DNA from: a virus
Virus record (IMG/VR): IMGVR_UViG_3300036719_006047
Coordinates: 64,001 to 128,000 of that record
Direction: 5' to 3' (one strand)
DNA: 64,000 nt
Both the position numbers and the translations under genes were made by a program. The notes under the pieces are model-generated. The model searched no databases and was not told where the DNA came from. It saw only the letters and a list, made by a program, of their open reading frames with translations. Positions 15,950 to 26,219 of the stretch are shown here, piece by piece. Numbering within the stretch: position 1 is the first letter of the stretch; every line of letters starts with the position of its first letter.

Positions 15950-17107
15950 ATGAACAAATTCGTTTTGCGCTGCTGGTTGTCGCGGTTGTCTTCCTTGAGG
16001 GACATCAACAAGGAGATCAGCTACTTGAGCCACGCGAAAGGCTGGGGAAGAGTTATTGCTTTTCCGGGTGCATTCTTCAGCATCGCTGATGTCCTTGCGG
16101 ACATCGACCACAGTGGGCCGCTCACTTCTCTGTACGACAAGGGGTGGAAGGATTCACCTTGGTCCTGCATTGGAAACGACTGGGTCGCGAGTTTGATCGC
16201 GGCGGATCGAAGCCTCTCTTGCATGAAGTTGCGTGTACCTAGCGGAGACAAGACCGACTACTACCCCGACCTTGGTATTGTCGTGGTTCATGAGTCAAAC
16301 AACACAGCGTCTATTGTGGTCTCGCCCGACACAAGCGCTTTCCGCTCTTGGCTGAATGTGCGCCTCGCAGACAAGGCCCACGCGGCCCAGCAGATCATCC
16401 GGTTGCAGAAAGTCTCTGTTGTTTCCAGCTCCTCGTGGCGAGGGAGCAGCGAGATCACGAAGTGGGGCTTTCGCTCGGATGCTGCCGAAAAGAAAGAGCT
16501 TGTGCGAGGGACGTGGGCTCCGAGTGTAGAAAACATCGCAGCCACCCTGAAGCCCGGAAACTCCATCCTGTTGTTCGGTCCCTCGGGCTGCGGCAAGACT
16601 GAGACCGCCATTCAGGCGGCACTTCACAACGGGGCGTCTCGAGTTCTCGTCATTCCCGGTGGCGTCGTGGGGTCTGAGCTGTACGGCTCCTCTCTCGCAA
16701 GCCTCATGGACCTGCTGGGCGCCTCGGTCCTCGTCATTGATGATCTGGCGGGGGACGCCACTGTCGCGATGCTTGATCACTTCGAGATGCTCAAGAACAA
16801 CAACTTTAGCGTCATCGTCACCCTCATGACTGACAACGGCCCTGTGAGACTTCCCGGCTTGCGTCCTGGGCGAATCGATCAGTTCTTCTCGTTCGATACG
16901 CCCACAACGGAAGACCGACTCAACTTGCTTCACTACTACGCTCCGAACGTCAACTTTGCCGGGAGCGACCAGCTCACGAGAAAGTTCACGCCAGCCTACT
17001 TGAAAGAGCTGGCCAAGAGAGCCGTGGCTTCGGGTGACACCGACAAGAAAGCCTGGGAATCTGCCGCAAGGTCGCTTCAGATTCAACTCGACATCGTCAA
17101 CCGATAG
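15950..17107 (+). CDS. AAA+ ATPase
   Basis: Walker A GPSGCGKT, Walker B VLVIDD, LRPGRID second region of homology. Confidence 0.88.
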   Translation: MNKFVLRCWLSRLSSLRDINKEISYLSHAKGWGRVIAFPGAFFSIADVLADIDHSGPLTSLYDKGWKDSPWSCIGNDWVASLIAADRSLSCMKLRVPSGDKTDYYPDLGIVVVHESNNTASIVVSPDTSAFRSWLNVRLADKAHAAQQIIRLQKVSVVSSSSWRGSSEITKWGFRSDAAEKKELVRGTWAPSVENIAATLKPGNSILLFGPSGCGKTETAIQAALHNGASRVLVIPGGVVGSELYGSSLASLMDLLGASVLVIDDLAGDATVAMLDHFEMLKNNNFSVIVTLMTDNGPVRLPGLRPGRIDQFFSFDTPTTEDRLNLLHYYAPNVNFAGSDQLTRKFTPAYLKELAKRAVASGDTDKKAWESAARSLQIQLDIVNR

Positions 17108-17118
17108 AAGGAGCTGAC

Positions 17119-18114
17119 ATGAACACCGAGAAAGAAGAAGTCCGTCACGCTGACAAGACCTGGATCATGGTTCTCGACGATCTCGACGTCGAGGGGGCTC
17201 GCCAGAAGCTGATCGAGGCGGGCGTGGATGGCGACACTCTCGTCGTCGAGAAGGGTGACGAGTCTGATCTGTGGCAGAACCCCGACGTGGTGTTCCGCAC
17301 CTCGCACATGCGACTCAACGACTTCACGTACACCCGAGTCCCGGAAAACTCGATCACGCTGAAGATGCTTGTCGAGCAGATCGCAGACGGCCAAAAAGCC
17401 CAGAGTGCGTGGCTCGTCGCACGACAGAAGCTCAAGAGCTTGGACACCGTGGCCCAGTGCCGCCTTCCGATGTCGGCCCTTACGCACCCCGGCTTCCAGG
17501 TCTTCCTCTCGGAGTGCGCCCGAGGCCAGACGCAGATCATCCGCTACTCCACGGTGCAGTCGAGCTGGTCGAAGCACCGCTACAACACGGTGTCTCTCGT
17601 CGCCGACATCACCACGCGCAAGTTTGGCGATGATCGAGACGACGACTACAGCGAGGTGTCGGGGCAAGTCACTTTCGAGGTTCCCATCACCAAGGTGGTG
17701 ATCGGCCTGGGTGACAGGGTGACCAAGAACGTGACCCACGTCGTCGTGATGAACAAGCTTGAGGCCGGGATGCCGGATTCGCGCTGCTCCTTGCCGCAGG
17801 TCCCGCAGAATAGCTACAGCTTTCTGGCGACCCCTCGCAGCCATTTCGAGCGCAAGCTGCATTACGATCTTCGTCTCCTTCTCGGAATCGACGTGAATCC
17901 CGAAGAGTTGCCGTACTTCGTGCGATCCGAGACTCTTGTGCGAGACGGAACCAATCGTTACGTCTATCTCGTGAAGTTCATCGTCCGCAACGTTGGCTTC
18001 TCCCAGCAGAGGTCGAGCACGATCGAGACCGCTCAGATCCTGCCTCTGCAAGACGCAGTACTTCGGCTTCACCCCGAGGATGCGGGTTTGCTTTACGTGG
18101 CGTCCAACCTGTAA
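17119..18114 (+). CDS. Hypothetical protein
   Basis: AGGAG RBS, 331 aa, high GC3. Confidence 0.8.
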   Translation: MNTEKEEVRHADKTWIMVLDDLDVEGARQKLIEAGVDGDTLVVEKGDESDLWQNPDVVFRTSHMRLNDFTYTRVPENSITLKMLVEQIADGQKAQSAWLVARQKLKSLDTVAQCRLPMSALTHPGFQVFLSECARGQTQIIRYSTVQSSWSKHRYNTVSLVADITTRKFGDDRDDDYSEVSGQVTFEVPITKVVIGLGDRVTKNVTHVVVMNKLEAGMPDSRCSLPQVPQNSYSFLATPRSHFERKLHYDLRLLLGIDVNPEELPYFVRSETLVRDGTNRYVYLVKFIVRNVGFSQQRSSTIETAQILPLQDAVLRLHPEDAGLLYVASNL

Positions 18115-18138
18115 CAGACAAGTCGAGAGGACGGGACA

Positions 18139-18819
18139 ATGAGAATTTGGCACATCTCTGATACGCACGGACTTCACGATCAGCTTGTTGTCCCTTCCGG
18201 CATCGACGTCGTCGTTCACAGCGGAGATGCGACCAACAGTCGTGCCAGCTGGGCAAACAAGAACGAGATGATTCGTTTCGTCGAGTGGTTTGCGCAGCTG
18301 GCCATCCCGCACAAGATCTTTGTGCCCGGCAATCACGACAGCTCGGTCGCGGAACGAGAGTACAAGGCCGAGCTGTTCGAGGAGTTTGGCATTCACCTTC
18401 TCGTCGATGAAGATGTCACACTCGATAGCATCAAGTTCTGGGGCTCTCCTTGGGTTCCTCGTTACGGCGACTGGGTATACATGGCAGACCGCAGCAGCTT
18501 CACGCGGCGGTGGTCTTTCATCCCAGACGACACCGATGTGCTCATCACACACGGCCCTCCGTTCGGCGTGCTTGACGCCACTTACGGAAGCACCAACAAG
18601 TTCGAGTTGACTGGTTGCCGGGCTCTGCAGAAAAGAGTTTTTGTGTTGCGGCCGAGATTGCACCTGTTCGGTCACATTCATTCGTGCGATGACATCAGAA
18701 ATTCGGGTACGCGAGTGCTGCCCGATGCAGGAGACACCGTATTTTCCAATGGCGCTTGCTGCGATGATGGTGTCTACGACAAACCAACGAGCAACGGCAA
18801 TGTGCTTGAGCTCAACTGA
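18139..18819 (+). CDS. Calcineurin-like metallophosphoesterase
   Basis: SDTHG, HSGD, GNHD, THGPP, GHIH motifs. Confidence 0.92.
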   Translation: MRIWHISDTHGLHDQLVVPSGIDVVVHSGDATNSRASWANKNEMIRFVEWFAQLAIPHKIFVPGNHDSSVAEREYKAELFEEFGIHLLVDEDVTLDSIKFWGSPWVPRYGDWVYMADRSSFTRRWSFIPDDTDVLITHGPPFGVLDATYGSTNKFELTGCRALQKRVFVLRPRLHLFGHIHSCDDIRNSGTRVLPDAGDTVFSNGACCDDGVYDKPTSNGNVLELN

Positions 18820-18868
18820 ACTACGTCAGCACCGTGGTTGACTACTCCAACAAACTCCTCCCGGAGAA

Positions 18869-19372
18869 ATGAAGATGTTCGCTTTCCTTCTCGCTTCCTC
18901 GATTGCTTCTGCTCAAGACAGGCCCTACGACTGCTTGGCGGGAGTGTGCCTCAACGATGTGGCTGTTTCTGTGCAAGACAGCACGGTCTCGATGGCAGGC
19001 CGAACCTGGCAGCGCAGCATTGAGGTCTGTCAGAACCGAGTGGCTTCCATCGCGCTGAACACGGGGTGGTACCAGCCTGGGATCAAGCTCGATGGTGTGC
19101 TCCCTGGGGTCTACACGCTCACGCAGGGTGACGCAGGGCCGGAAGCGATGGCTTTGCGCAGCAAGGTAGACGCAACGATTCGCGCTCAGGAGTGGCGCGA
19201 GGTGACTGTGCAGGGCCCGGCCACTGTCTACAGGTTTGCCGTCTCCGCTTTGGGCGGTACGCGTATTCTCGCCCTCGAGAGGCTGGAAGCGACGGCTCCT
19301 CACGTCTGGACCGTGACGCTGGGTTCGGCTCACCCCAACCGCACCGAGCTGTGCAAGACAGGAGGTCTGTGA
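18869..19372 (+). CDS. Secreted protein with YDCLAGVCLN domain
   Basis: Signal peptide; domain shared with the C-terminus of 46908-48065. Confidence 0.75.
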   Translation: MKMFAFLLASSIASAQDRPYDCLAGVCLNDVAVSVQDSTVSMAGRTWQRSIEVCQNRVASIALNTGWYQPGIKLDGVLPGVYTLTQGDAGPEAMALRSKVDATIRAQEWREVTVQGPATVYRFAVSALGGTRILALERLEATAPHVWTVTLGSAHPNRTELCKTGGL

Positions 19373-19716
19373 TGGGAAGGCGCGCGTGTCGAACGTGCCC
19401 TTGGCGGAAGTCGGTGCCTCCGGGCGGCTTTCCTGGGGGCTGCGTGAACGAAAAAGAGCTGAAGCAGATGGCCTCGGGTGTGCCCGTCCTCAAAGTCATG
19501 CAGTGCCACAGCACACCTGATGGGAAAGACGCCAAAGTCTGCGTCGGCTTTGCGATCAAGATCGGGACAAAGAGCGTCGGCTTTCGCTTTGCGGCAAGCC
19601 AAGGTCTGATTGACGAGGTCGAAGACGACGGGGATCTCGTCGATAGCGTTCACGAGTTCATCCAGAAACACAACACGGGAAGGGGGTTGGTCTGCGACCC
19701 TTCTCGGAAAGAGTGA
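19372..19716 (+). CDS. Cys-rich protein (DUF6283-like)
   Basis: CRTCPWR...MQCH...CVGF; TGATG coupling. Confidence 0.6.
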   Translation: MGRRACRTCPWRKSVPPGGFPGGCVNEKELKQMASGVPVLKVMQCHSTPDGKDAKVCVGFAIKIGTKSVGFRFAASQGLIDEVEDDGDLVDSVHEFIQKHNTGRGLVCDPSRKE

Positions 19717-19779
19717 CAAACGCGAATCGATGGCTTTCGTCACGAGTTCACTCTGTCGAAAAGAAGCCCAGGGAGGCTC

Positions 19780-20313
19780 ATGACACGGAAGGTACTTTTC
19801 TTGGACTTTGACGGTGTGCTCAACGACAACGCGTGGTTCGAGACAGAGGAGAGAAAGAACCTCGAACGCGAGTACAGGAGGCGGGACAAAGCTCTGCCTC
19901 CGACAGAGAGTGAGATCACGATGAAGCTGGGGCTGGCGGACATTCGACCCCAGTACGCGGCAAGAGTAAGGGAGATTGTCGATAGGACTGGTTGTGAGGT
20001 CATCGTCTGCTCTGCTTGGAGGTACACCTTTACAGCAGAACAGATCTGGTACTTGCTTCAGTCTCAAGGCATCCCCTGCAACGGAGTGGTTCAACAGACA
20101 AGAAGACGTAAGTTGTCGGATTTGCTCGACTACCGTGTTCCCGACATCAAAGCTGTGGTTTCCACCTTTGCAGGAAAGACGAACTGGTGTGTCTTGGACG
20201 ACAGCGTGAATGCCAGCGAAGTGGACGGAAGAGCAGTCACTCCTGTGGATGGCGTGACTCGAGACAACGTAGAAGAAGTGGTTCGGATCCTCAACAACAC
20301 TGACACCGAGTAG
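19780..20313 (+). CDS. HAD-family phosphatase (type found in Swiss-Army-knife RNA repair proteins)
   Basis: FLDFDGVLN, VCSAWR, VLDD motifs. Confidence 0.85.
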   Translation: MTRKVLFLDFDGVLNDNAWFETEERKNLEREYRRRDKALPPTESEITMKLGLADIRPQYAARVREIVDRTGCEVIVCSAWRYTFTAEQIWYLLQSQGIPCNGVVQQTRRRKLSDLLDYRVPDIKAVVSTFAGKTNWCVLDDSVNASEVDGRAVTPVDGVTRDNVEEVVRILNNTDTE

Positions 20314-20324
20314 CGGAGAAACAA

Positions 20325-21617
20325 ATGACCCTGCGTCGTTACCTTGATGGTCGCATCACCCTCAACACCCTCAACTACCAGCCCTGGGAGCTGGAGCCCG
20401 GTCAGGTCTACACCTTCGAGAAGGACATGCAAGTCGGCTTGCACCTCGTCAAGAGCAAGGAGGGCTTGACCTTGCCCCCCAAGCTTTACGGCAACGTCGA
20501 AGCGCGCAGCCAGCGCGTGCTCAAGACGTTCGGCCTCCTGGGGCGCCTCGGTGTCGCGCTCTACGGGCTCAAGGGAAGCGGGAAGTCGCTGCTCGCGGCG
20601 CACATCCTCAAGTCGAGCAACCTGCCGATCATCAGCATGAACAAGCCGTTCTCGCCGTCCGAGTTCGGACCGTTCCTCGATTACGTCGGCCCGCACGCCG
20701 TGTTCTTCGATGAGTTCGGCAAGATATACAATGATGCGGACCTGCAAGCTCAGCTCTTGCCGTTCTTCGACTCCGCCCATGCGGCCAAGCGCCTGGTCGT
20801 GGTCACGGACAACACGGATCACGCGGTCTCGGATGCCAACCGCAACCGACCCGGTCGGTTCCACTACCTGTGGCGCTTCTCGGGACTCGAAGAGGCGTTC
20901 GTTCGGGACTACATCAACGACCACTTGACGGCGCCTGCCGAGTACCGCGAAGCCGTGCTGCAGCGGGCCGAAGACATGAGGTCTGAGCTGTCCTTCGACA
21001 TCCTGCGGGCCCTGGTGTGGGAGTGCAACAACTACCACACGGAGCTTTCGCCGGCTGACGTGCTGGCCCCGCTCAACGCCGAGGTCAAGCCGGTCTCGTA
21101 CGGCTGGTCAGTAAGCTTTGAGTGGAGTGAGCCCTTCGCTGCTGTCGGCTTTCTCTGCAACGCGTCGAAGTACGCCGAAAACGTGGAGGAGATCATCGAG
21201 TCGGCCGGCTTGTACTCGGTCACTGTCCTCGTCAAGCGCGAGCATCCCAAGAAGCCGTTTAACGCAGAAAGCGGAGAGGACGAGGATGAGGACATCGACG
21301 AGGACTACTCCAACAGCATGACGGACGAAGAGTTCGCTCAGACCAACTACTGGGATTCGACCAAGTTCCAGCGGTACAGCACCTCGTTCAACTTCCCGTC
21401 CTCGTTCTTGGTTCAGGAGACTGCCAAGAAGCTCCAGTACCGTTTCCCCATCGTGGTCAACGGTCGCCTGGATTTCGCGCTTCTGCGTGACCTCAACCTC
21501 TTCTCCTACCTCTCTGCGTCGCATCTGGTCAAGGAGTTCAGGAAGCACCAGAACTTGGAGCTGAGCCTCTTCCTCGAGCGGAAGAATCGCGAAGTCTTCC
21601 GGTCGTGGGCCATGTGA
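20325..21617 (+). CDS. AAA ATPase
   Basis: GLKGSGKS, VFFDEFGK, RNRPGRFHY. Confidence 0.88.
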   Translation: MTLRRYLDGRITLNTLNYQPWELEPGQVYTFEKDMQVGLHLVKSKEGLTLPPKLYGNVEARSQRVLKTFGLLGRLGVALYGLKGSGKSLLAAHILKSSNLPIISMNKPFSPSEFGPFLDYVGPHAVFFDEFGKIYNDADLQAQLLPFFDSAHAAKRLVVVTDNTDHAVSDANRNRPGRFHYLWRFSGLEEAFVRDYINDHLTAPAEYREAVLQRAEDMRSELSFDILRALVWECNNYHTELSPADVLAPLNAEVKPVSYGWSVSFEWSEPFAAVGFLCNASKYAENVEEIIESAGLYSVTVLVKREHPKKPFNAESGEDEDEDIDEDYSNSMTDEEFAQTNYWDSTKFQRYSTSFNFPSSFLVQETAKKLQYRFPIVVNGRLDFALLRDLNLFSYLSASHLVKEFRKHQNLELSLFLERKNREVFRSWAM

Positions 21618-21652
21618 GGTAGCGCAAGCAGGGTGGGGTTAGGCCCTGTGCG

Positions 21653-21674
21653 GCTTCCGGCTTCGGCCGGGAGC
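21653..21674 (+). other. UUCG-tetraloop hairpin (terminator or stabiliser)
   Basis: GCTTCCGGC-TTCG-GCCGGGAGC. Confidence 0.55.
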
Positions 21675-21697
21675 GTCCCCGACGACAAACACTTTTC

Positions 21698-23785
21698 GTG
21701 CTTGCGAGGTATCAGTTGACCACAGCAAAAAGCTATACTCTCCCCACTCTCCCCGCTCGGTACCGCATCAAAGACGCACTCCTCGAGGCGAAGATTCGGA
21801 TCACTGACTGGAACGGCCACATGAAGCGCGGCTCGTACTGGTTAGAAGATTTCTGGAACGAGCCGCCAGAAGTGAGAGAGGAGAACTTGCTGACCTCGTC
21901 TTGGTTTTTTGGCGTGTCCGATGAAAAAGTCGACGAGCTGATCGAAGCGCTGAAAGGCGGTCCAGCTCTGACCGAGTTCGTGGAGATCGAGACCTCGTCA
22001 AATCGACTTCTTTGCCCTTTCTGCGACAAAAGACTCGATCTGGCCACAGACGGCCACATTCTTCGCGTTTCTGGTGCTCCTTGTCCCCTCCCAGAAGGGA
22101 TCGACCACTTCGACGTAGAGCTGAACATCCCTTCGGGGCGCATCGTCGTCAGTGATGACCTGAGAGAGTGGTACAAGTCGGACCACAAGGACGAAAACAT
22201 CAATCGCCTGAAAGGCCGCATCAATACGACTGCGGCCTACGCCGAAATCAACCTGGCTGTAGGGTGTATCGGGAACAGTGACCCGGGTCTTTACCGCAAA
22301 GGCGGGAAGATCACGATCGGCCTCAAAGGCTCTTCTCGGAAGGGAAAGAAAAACTTGATGCCGTCCGCCCCTTGGGGCAGGAAGATTGCTGAGATCAGAA
22401 CTCAGTTGTGGTGGTATTCACTGGCAGACCTCGATGACTTTACGGAGCGTCTGGCCTACTACACTCCGGACTTGTCGCTGAGCGACTGGGAAAAGGCATA
22501 CGGCAACAGCGTCATCAAGGTAAAGCCTGGTGTGTACCGCGTTCGCTGGTATGCCAACTTCCAGGATACCGACCAAGGCGAGCGAATGGCTGAAGTGGAA
22601 TGGATTCGGCCGGCTGACCCGAGAGTCGACCACTTGACTCGATACAAGAACACGAGGCTGACGGCTCTGGAGTGTTGCATCCAAAGTGTCTTGGACTGGC
22701 CGACGCTGTATCTGCCTCACAGGACCGAACACGGCAGATACGAAGACCGTCTTTCGTGGGAGGAACTGGACGAGAGCCAGCGTCTTTACTCTATCGCAAG
22801 GGCAGCAGATCACTTGATGTGTGTTCTTGGCGGTGGGGTCGAATGGCACGAAAACGGTCATGTTTTGACCCGTGTCAGTGCGGAAACAAAGAAGTTTGCC
22901 GCAGGAATCTCTGCGGACGGAATCGTGCCTCTCTTTGAAGAGGGTTACAACTGGTACCCTTTCAGCGAAGGCTACGGAGGGATGTGTCTCGGCGCTGGGT
23001 TGCAGAATCACTACAGACAAGTGCCTGAGATCAACCTGAACCCTACGTTTGCCCTGTTGTCGCTCAACATCGCGGCCAACTACTTGCGGTACCCGCCGAA
23101 GCCGCGGCTGAACGGAGAGGCCTGGCCGCCAGTTTTCCTTGTCAGCGAAGTTCGCGATCGGATGAAGCTGGCTCTGCGAGTGTACCGCGAGACGCGAAAG
23201 AGGTACGACGTCGGTCCCATGGACCCTGTGTTTGATGCTCTTGCAATGGATGCCGCGTATGACGACGTGATCGAACAGTGCGACCTGGGCCCAGACCACC
23301 CGCCCGAAGACCAGTGGGGTGATCCTCCTGGCATCCTTGAGTTCGAGAAGTTCAAGTTCGTCGAGTTCGACGCGAGCCTCAGCCAGAGCAAAGACGGATA
23401 CTGCTGGCACCCAAAGAACCCGGGCTGCTCCGGCTGCTGGGCTCGTCCCGAAGACGCTCAAAGGTATGCGATCAATTCAAATCAAAGAGAGGAGGGTTTC
23501 TACTCCAACGCGGGTAGGTCAGTACCGCTAAAGTTCGTCGCCAGAGTGGTCAAGATCGTTCCCACCCATATGGGCCCTGTTCTTGAGGTCAGTTTCGATT
23601 ACGGCGACGACAAGATGCACGGACCGAGTGCTTGCCGTTGGGCAATCGCGAAAAAACAAGCTGATGCCGTTAGAGGTTTCAACGACGAGGAAGAATACGA
23701 AAAACTTCTCGCTCCGATGAAGAAGGTCTTCGATGACATGGAACAGCTGATCGAGACCAAGAAAAAGCAGATTTTCGGGGGATGA
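21698..23785 (+). CDS. Large hypothetical protein (true start uncertain, possibly 21821)
   Basis: 695-codon ORF; no family recognised. Confidence 0.75.
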   Translation: MLARYQLTTAKSYTLPTLPARYRIKDALLEAKIRITDWNGHMKRGSYWLEDFWNEPPEVREENLLTSSWFFGVSDEKVDELIEALKGGPALTEFVEIETSSNRLLCPFCDKRLDLATDGHILRVSGAPCPLPEGIDHFDVELNIPSGRIVVSDDLREWYKSDHKDENINRLKGRINTTAAYAEINLAVGCIGNSDPGLYRKGGKITIGLKGSSRKGKKNLMPSAPWGRKIAEIRTQLWWYSLADLDDFTERLAYYTPDLSLSDWEKAYGNSVIKVKPGVYRVRWYANFQDTDQGERMAEVEWIRPADPRVDHLTRYKNTRLTALECCIQSVLDWPTLYLPHRTEHGRYEDRLSWEELDESQRLYSIARAADHLMCVLGGGVEWHENGHVLTRVSAETKKFAAGISADGIVPLFEEGYNWYPFSEGYGGMCLGAGLQNHYRQVPEINLNPTFALLSLNIAANYLRYPPKPRLNGEAWPPVFLVSEVRDRMKLALRVYRETRKRYDVGPMDPVFDALAMDAAYDDVIEQCDLGPDHPPEDQWGDPPGILEFEKFKFVEFDASLSQSKDGYCWHPKNPGCSGCWARPEDAQRYAINSNQREEGFYSNAGRSVPLKFVARVVKIVPTHMGPVLEVSFDYGDDKMHGPSACRWAIAKKQADAVRGFNDEEEYEKLLAPMKKVFDDMEQLIETKKKQIFGG

Positions 23786-23823
23786 ATGCTTCTCCCTCAA
23801 CTCAACGCCACAAGGAGTGAACT

Positions 23824-24006
23824 GTGATCGAATTCTTTGTTCACCTCATCTGCGCCGTAGCCTTGAGCGGCATCGTCTACCAGTTGATCCGTTTCGCATA
23901 CTTCACTTGGCTGCTGTACAAGATAGAAAATCGACTTCACTTTCTGGAAACAGAAAGCCAGAAGCTCAGAAAGCGCCAGTGGGATGAACAACAACGCCAG
24001 GAATAG
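23824..24006 (+). CDS. Small membrane-anchored protein
   Basis: AGGAG RBS; N-terminal TM helix. Confidence 0.65.
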   Translation: MIEFFVHLICAVALSGIVYQLIRFAYFTWLLYKIENRLHFLETESQKLRKRQWDEQQRQE

Positions 24007-24014
24007 GAGGCGAC

Positions 24015-24590
24015 ATGCTGCGCGGAGAGATCGTACTGCACACAGAGCGCATCTGTGAGGTCGTCGATGTGATCGACGCCAAGTCAGTGAGGCTCAAAAC
24101 ACTTTTCTCGTCTTCATGCAAACCAGTGCAGAAGGACTCTGTACGAGCGGTACGGGTCGACGCCGTGGAGACAAGAGATCGCGCCGTCGTTCGTCTTAGA
24201 GCAAGGCGCGATAGATGCGATGAGATCCTCAGCCTTCTCGAGGCGAGGTCTCCGTTTGTGCCGAGCTTCACCCGGCCTCGTCATGGCGAGTTGTCGTCGC
24301 GCATTGACTTCAGCTTGTCTTCGAGCTGGAGAGCAGTTACCTACCCTCACGGCACGACGCACCATTACTTGTTCTACGCGAAGTTTGTTGATGTCGTTGC
24401 TGTCGAAGTCACAGAATACGATGCCTGCGTCAACTGGTGCTTCTTCTTGCCATTCGTGCCAGACGCGCCGGTACCAGACAGCGGCAACGTGTTCGTCACG
24501 AAGACGAAATCACCGGCAGATGCTTTGCGAGAAGCGAAAAAAGTATCTGTCGAGAGACTACTCAAACATCTCTCGAAGGACACGAAATGA
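24015..24590 (+). CDS. Hypothetical protein
   Basis: GGAGG RBS, 191 aa. Confidence 0.75.
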   Translation: MLRGEIVLHTERICEVVDVIDAKSVRLKTLFSSSCKPVQKDSVRAVRVDAVETRDRAVVRLRARRDRCDEILSLLEARSPFVPSFTRPRHGELSSRIDFSLSSSWRAVTYPHGTTHHYLFYAKFVDVVAVEVTEYDACVNWCFFLPFVPDAPVPDSGNVFVTKTKSPADALREAKKVSVERLLKHLSKDTK

Positions 24591-25144
24591 TGGTCTTGCT
24601 CTTGGCCCTTCAAGTTGCTTTCGCGGACGCGATCTGCCGCGACGGTTGGCGCAGCAGCTCGAGTGGTTCGGGAACGTGTTCGCACCACGGAGGAGTGGCT
24701 TACTGGATCCCGTCGACGTCTTCGCCAGGTACTGCGCCAAGTGGGTTGTATGTATACAAACCCCGCTACCCGCGATACGACTTCGGGCCATTCCAGAACT
24801 TCGTTCTCGACGTCTACTCAGGGATAAACCCGGACTTGTACCTGGGTTGCTTGACGTGTGATCCCAATCACGACGACCCTGAAATTTGGCTGAAGAGCGT
24901 TCGTCGTCGCGAAGGGAAGTACCACGTCAACGGAAAGTTGTGGGGTTCCAGCACAGATGGATACGCTTCTTGGTATGACGATCACTCGATGTGCAACCCC
25001 AAAGCGAAAAATCCACCGAAGGTGTTCAACCGTGAAACGAACGAATACGTCGGTAGGTTGACGCTGAACATGAACCTGCCGGACAGCATCAAGGTTCCCG
25101 AAGTCATCGGATTCATCAACAAGTCTTGCGAGGAGTGGTTGTGA
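24587..25144 (+). CDS. Secreted protein with DUF3761-like CRDG..S..GTCSHHGGV motif
   Basis: Signal peptide; CRDGWRSSSSGSGTCSHHGGV; YLGCLTC. Confidence 0.7.
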   Translation: MMVLLLALQVAFADAICRDGWRSSSSGSGTCSHHGGVAYWIPSTSSPGTAPSGLYVYKPRYPRYDFGPFQNFVLDVYSGINPDLYLGCLTCDPNHDDPEIWLKSVRRREGKYHVNGKLWGSSTDGYASWYDDHSMCNPKAKNPPKVFNRETNEYVGRLTLNMNLPDSIKVPEVIGFINKSCEEWL

Positions 25145-25158
25145 TCAACAATAAAAAC

Positions 25159-25899
25159 ATGAAGTTGATGCGTCTCATCTCTGAGAGACAAAAAGCATCA
25201 TCGGATCCAGAAAAGCTCGCCTTGACACAGATGATCAAGGCGAACGAAGAGCTGGGAGAGGCGGCGGCTGAGCTGTTGGCGCTGTCGAAATCGAAAAACG
25301 CTTCGGCGAGCGCTGCCGGCAACATCGAAGGCATGCTGGAAGAGCTGACTGACGTCCTCAGCTGTGTGATCGACATGCTCCTGACGCAAGGGGTCACGGA
25401 AGAGAAGCTCAACTCGATGCTTCTCCTCAAACTCAAGAAGTGGGGCTCGAAGCTGTTGCCTCGGCATCACAGCGACCTGGCCATGCATGGAAATCTCGCT
25501 GCTTGGACCTTGTGGGACCGCTCTTACATTGAAGTCCTCTCGTTCAACAAGCTCGACAAGTCGACCTCAGTCATGCCGCGTCCGTTGACTCTCGGCGAGC
25601 ACAACAAGATTTTGCTGGGAGCAACGCCCTACGTATACATGACCTCTCCCGAGAAGCCTATTGCATTGCACCGAAAGGAGGCAACCGACTTTATCGAAAC
25701 GCTCAACTACATCCTTGCTTGCAATTCAACAGATATGTGGCAGGAAGGTTTTTGCTTCTGCCTTCCCACAAAGTCTGATTTGTTGCAGGCAGGCATTCTC
25801 GATGACGACACGGACAAGTACTGGTTGTTTCCTCCCGACGACAACGGAACCGAAACGCCAGACACCAAGAAAATGGTCCTTGTCGTTTTCGGACTCTGA
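25159..25899 (+). CDS. MazG-like nucleotide pyrophosphohydrolase fused to an unknown C-terminal domain
   Basis: KANEELGEAA...LEELTDVL (EExxE...EExxD). Confidence 0.75.
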   Translation: MKLMRLISERQKASSDPEKLALTQMIKANEELGEAAAELLALSKSKNASASAAGNIEGMLEELTDVLSCVIDMLLTQGVTEEKLNSMLLLKLKKWGSKLLPRHHSDLAMHGNLAAWTLWDRSYIEVLSFNKLDKSTSVMPRPLTLGEHNKILLGATPYVYMTSPEKPIALHRKEATDFIETLNYILACNSTDMWQEGFCFCLPTKSDLLQAGILDDDTDKYWLFPPDDNGTETPDTKKMVLVVFGL

Positions 25900-25910
25900 A
25901 AGGACTACTC

Positions 25911-26210
25911 GTGCCGGTAGACACAAAAGAACTCAGAAAGCGCTTGAGGCGCTACGACAAGAGTGCACCACGGTGCAGCGGCGCGTCATTGCGCAAAACT
26001 TCTTGGGCTCCGGACTGGGTGCATAAACAAGATCCGGAAGCTGAGGAATTTTCTGTTACTCTGACCTCTCCGTGCGCATTGCCTGAAGGCCACGATGGGC
26101 CTTGCAGTTCAATTCGGCCTGTATTGAGCTGGCCTGGATACGACATCATCAACTCGATGCTCGATGAGATCGATTCACTCCGAAACAGCAGCAACGACCC
26201 TGAGCCCTGA
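25911..26210 (+). CDS. Hypothetical protein
   Basis: AGGA RBS; C.L..GH.G.C motif. Confidence 0.65.
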   Translation: MPVDTKELRKRLRRYDKSAPRCSGASLRKTSWAPDWVHKQDPEAEEFSVTLTSPCALPEGHDGPCSSIRPVLSWPGYDIINSMLDEIDSLRNSSNDPEP

Positions 26211-26219
26211 GGAGGGGAC

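Noticed and set aside
21716-21739. Promoter TTGACC...TATACT before the large ORF
   Set aside because: The spacer is only 12 nt; the -10 is good but no properly spaced -35 is present.
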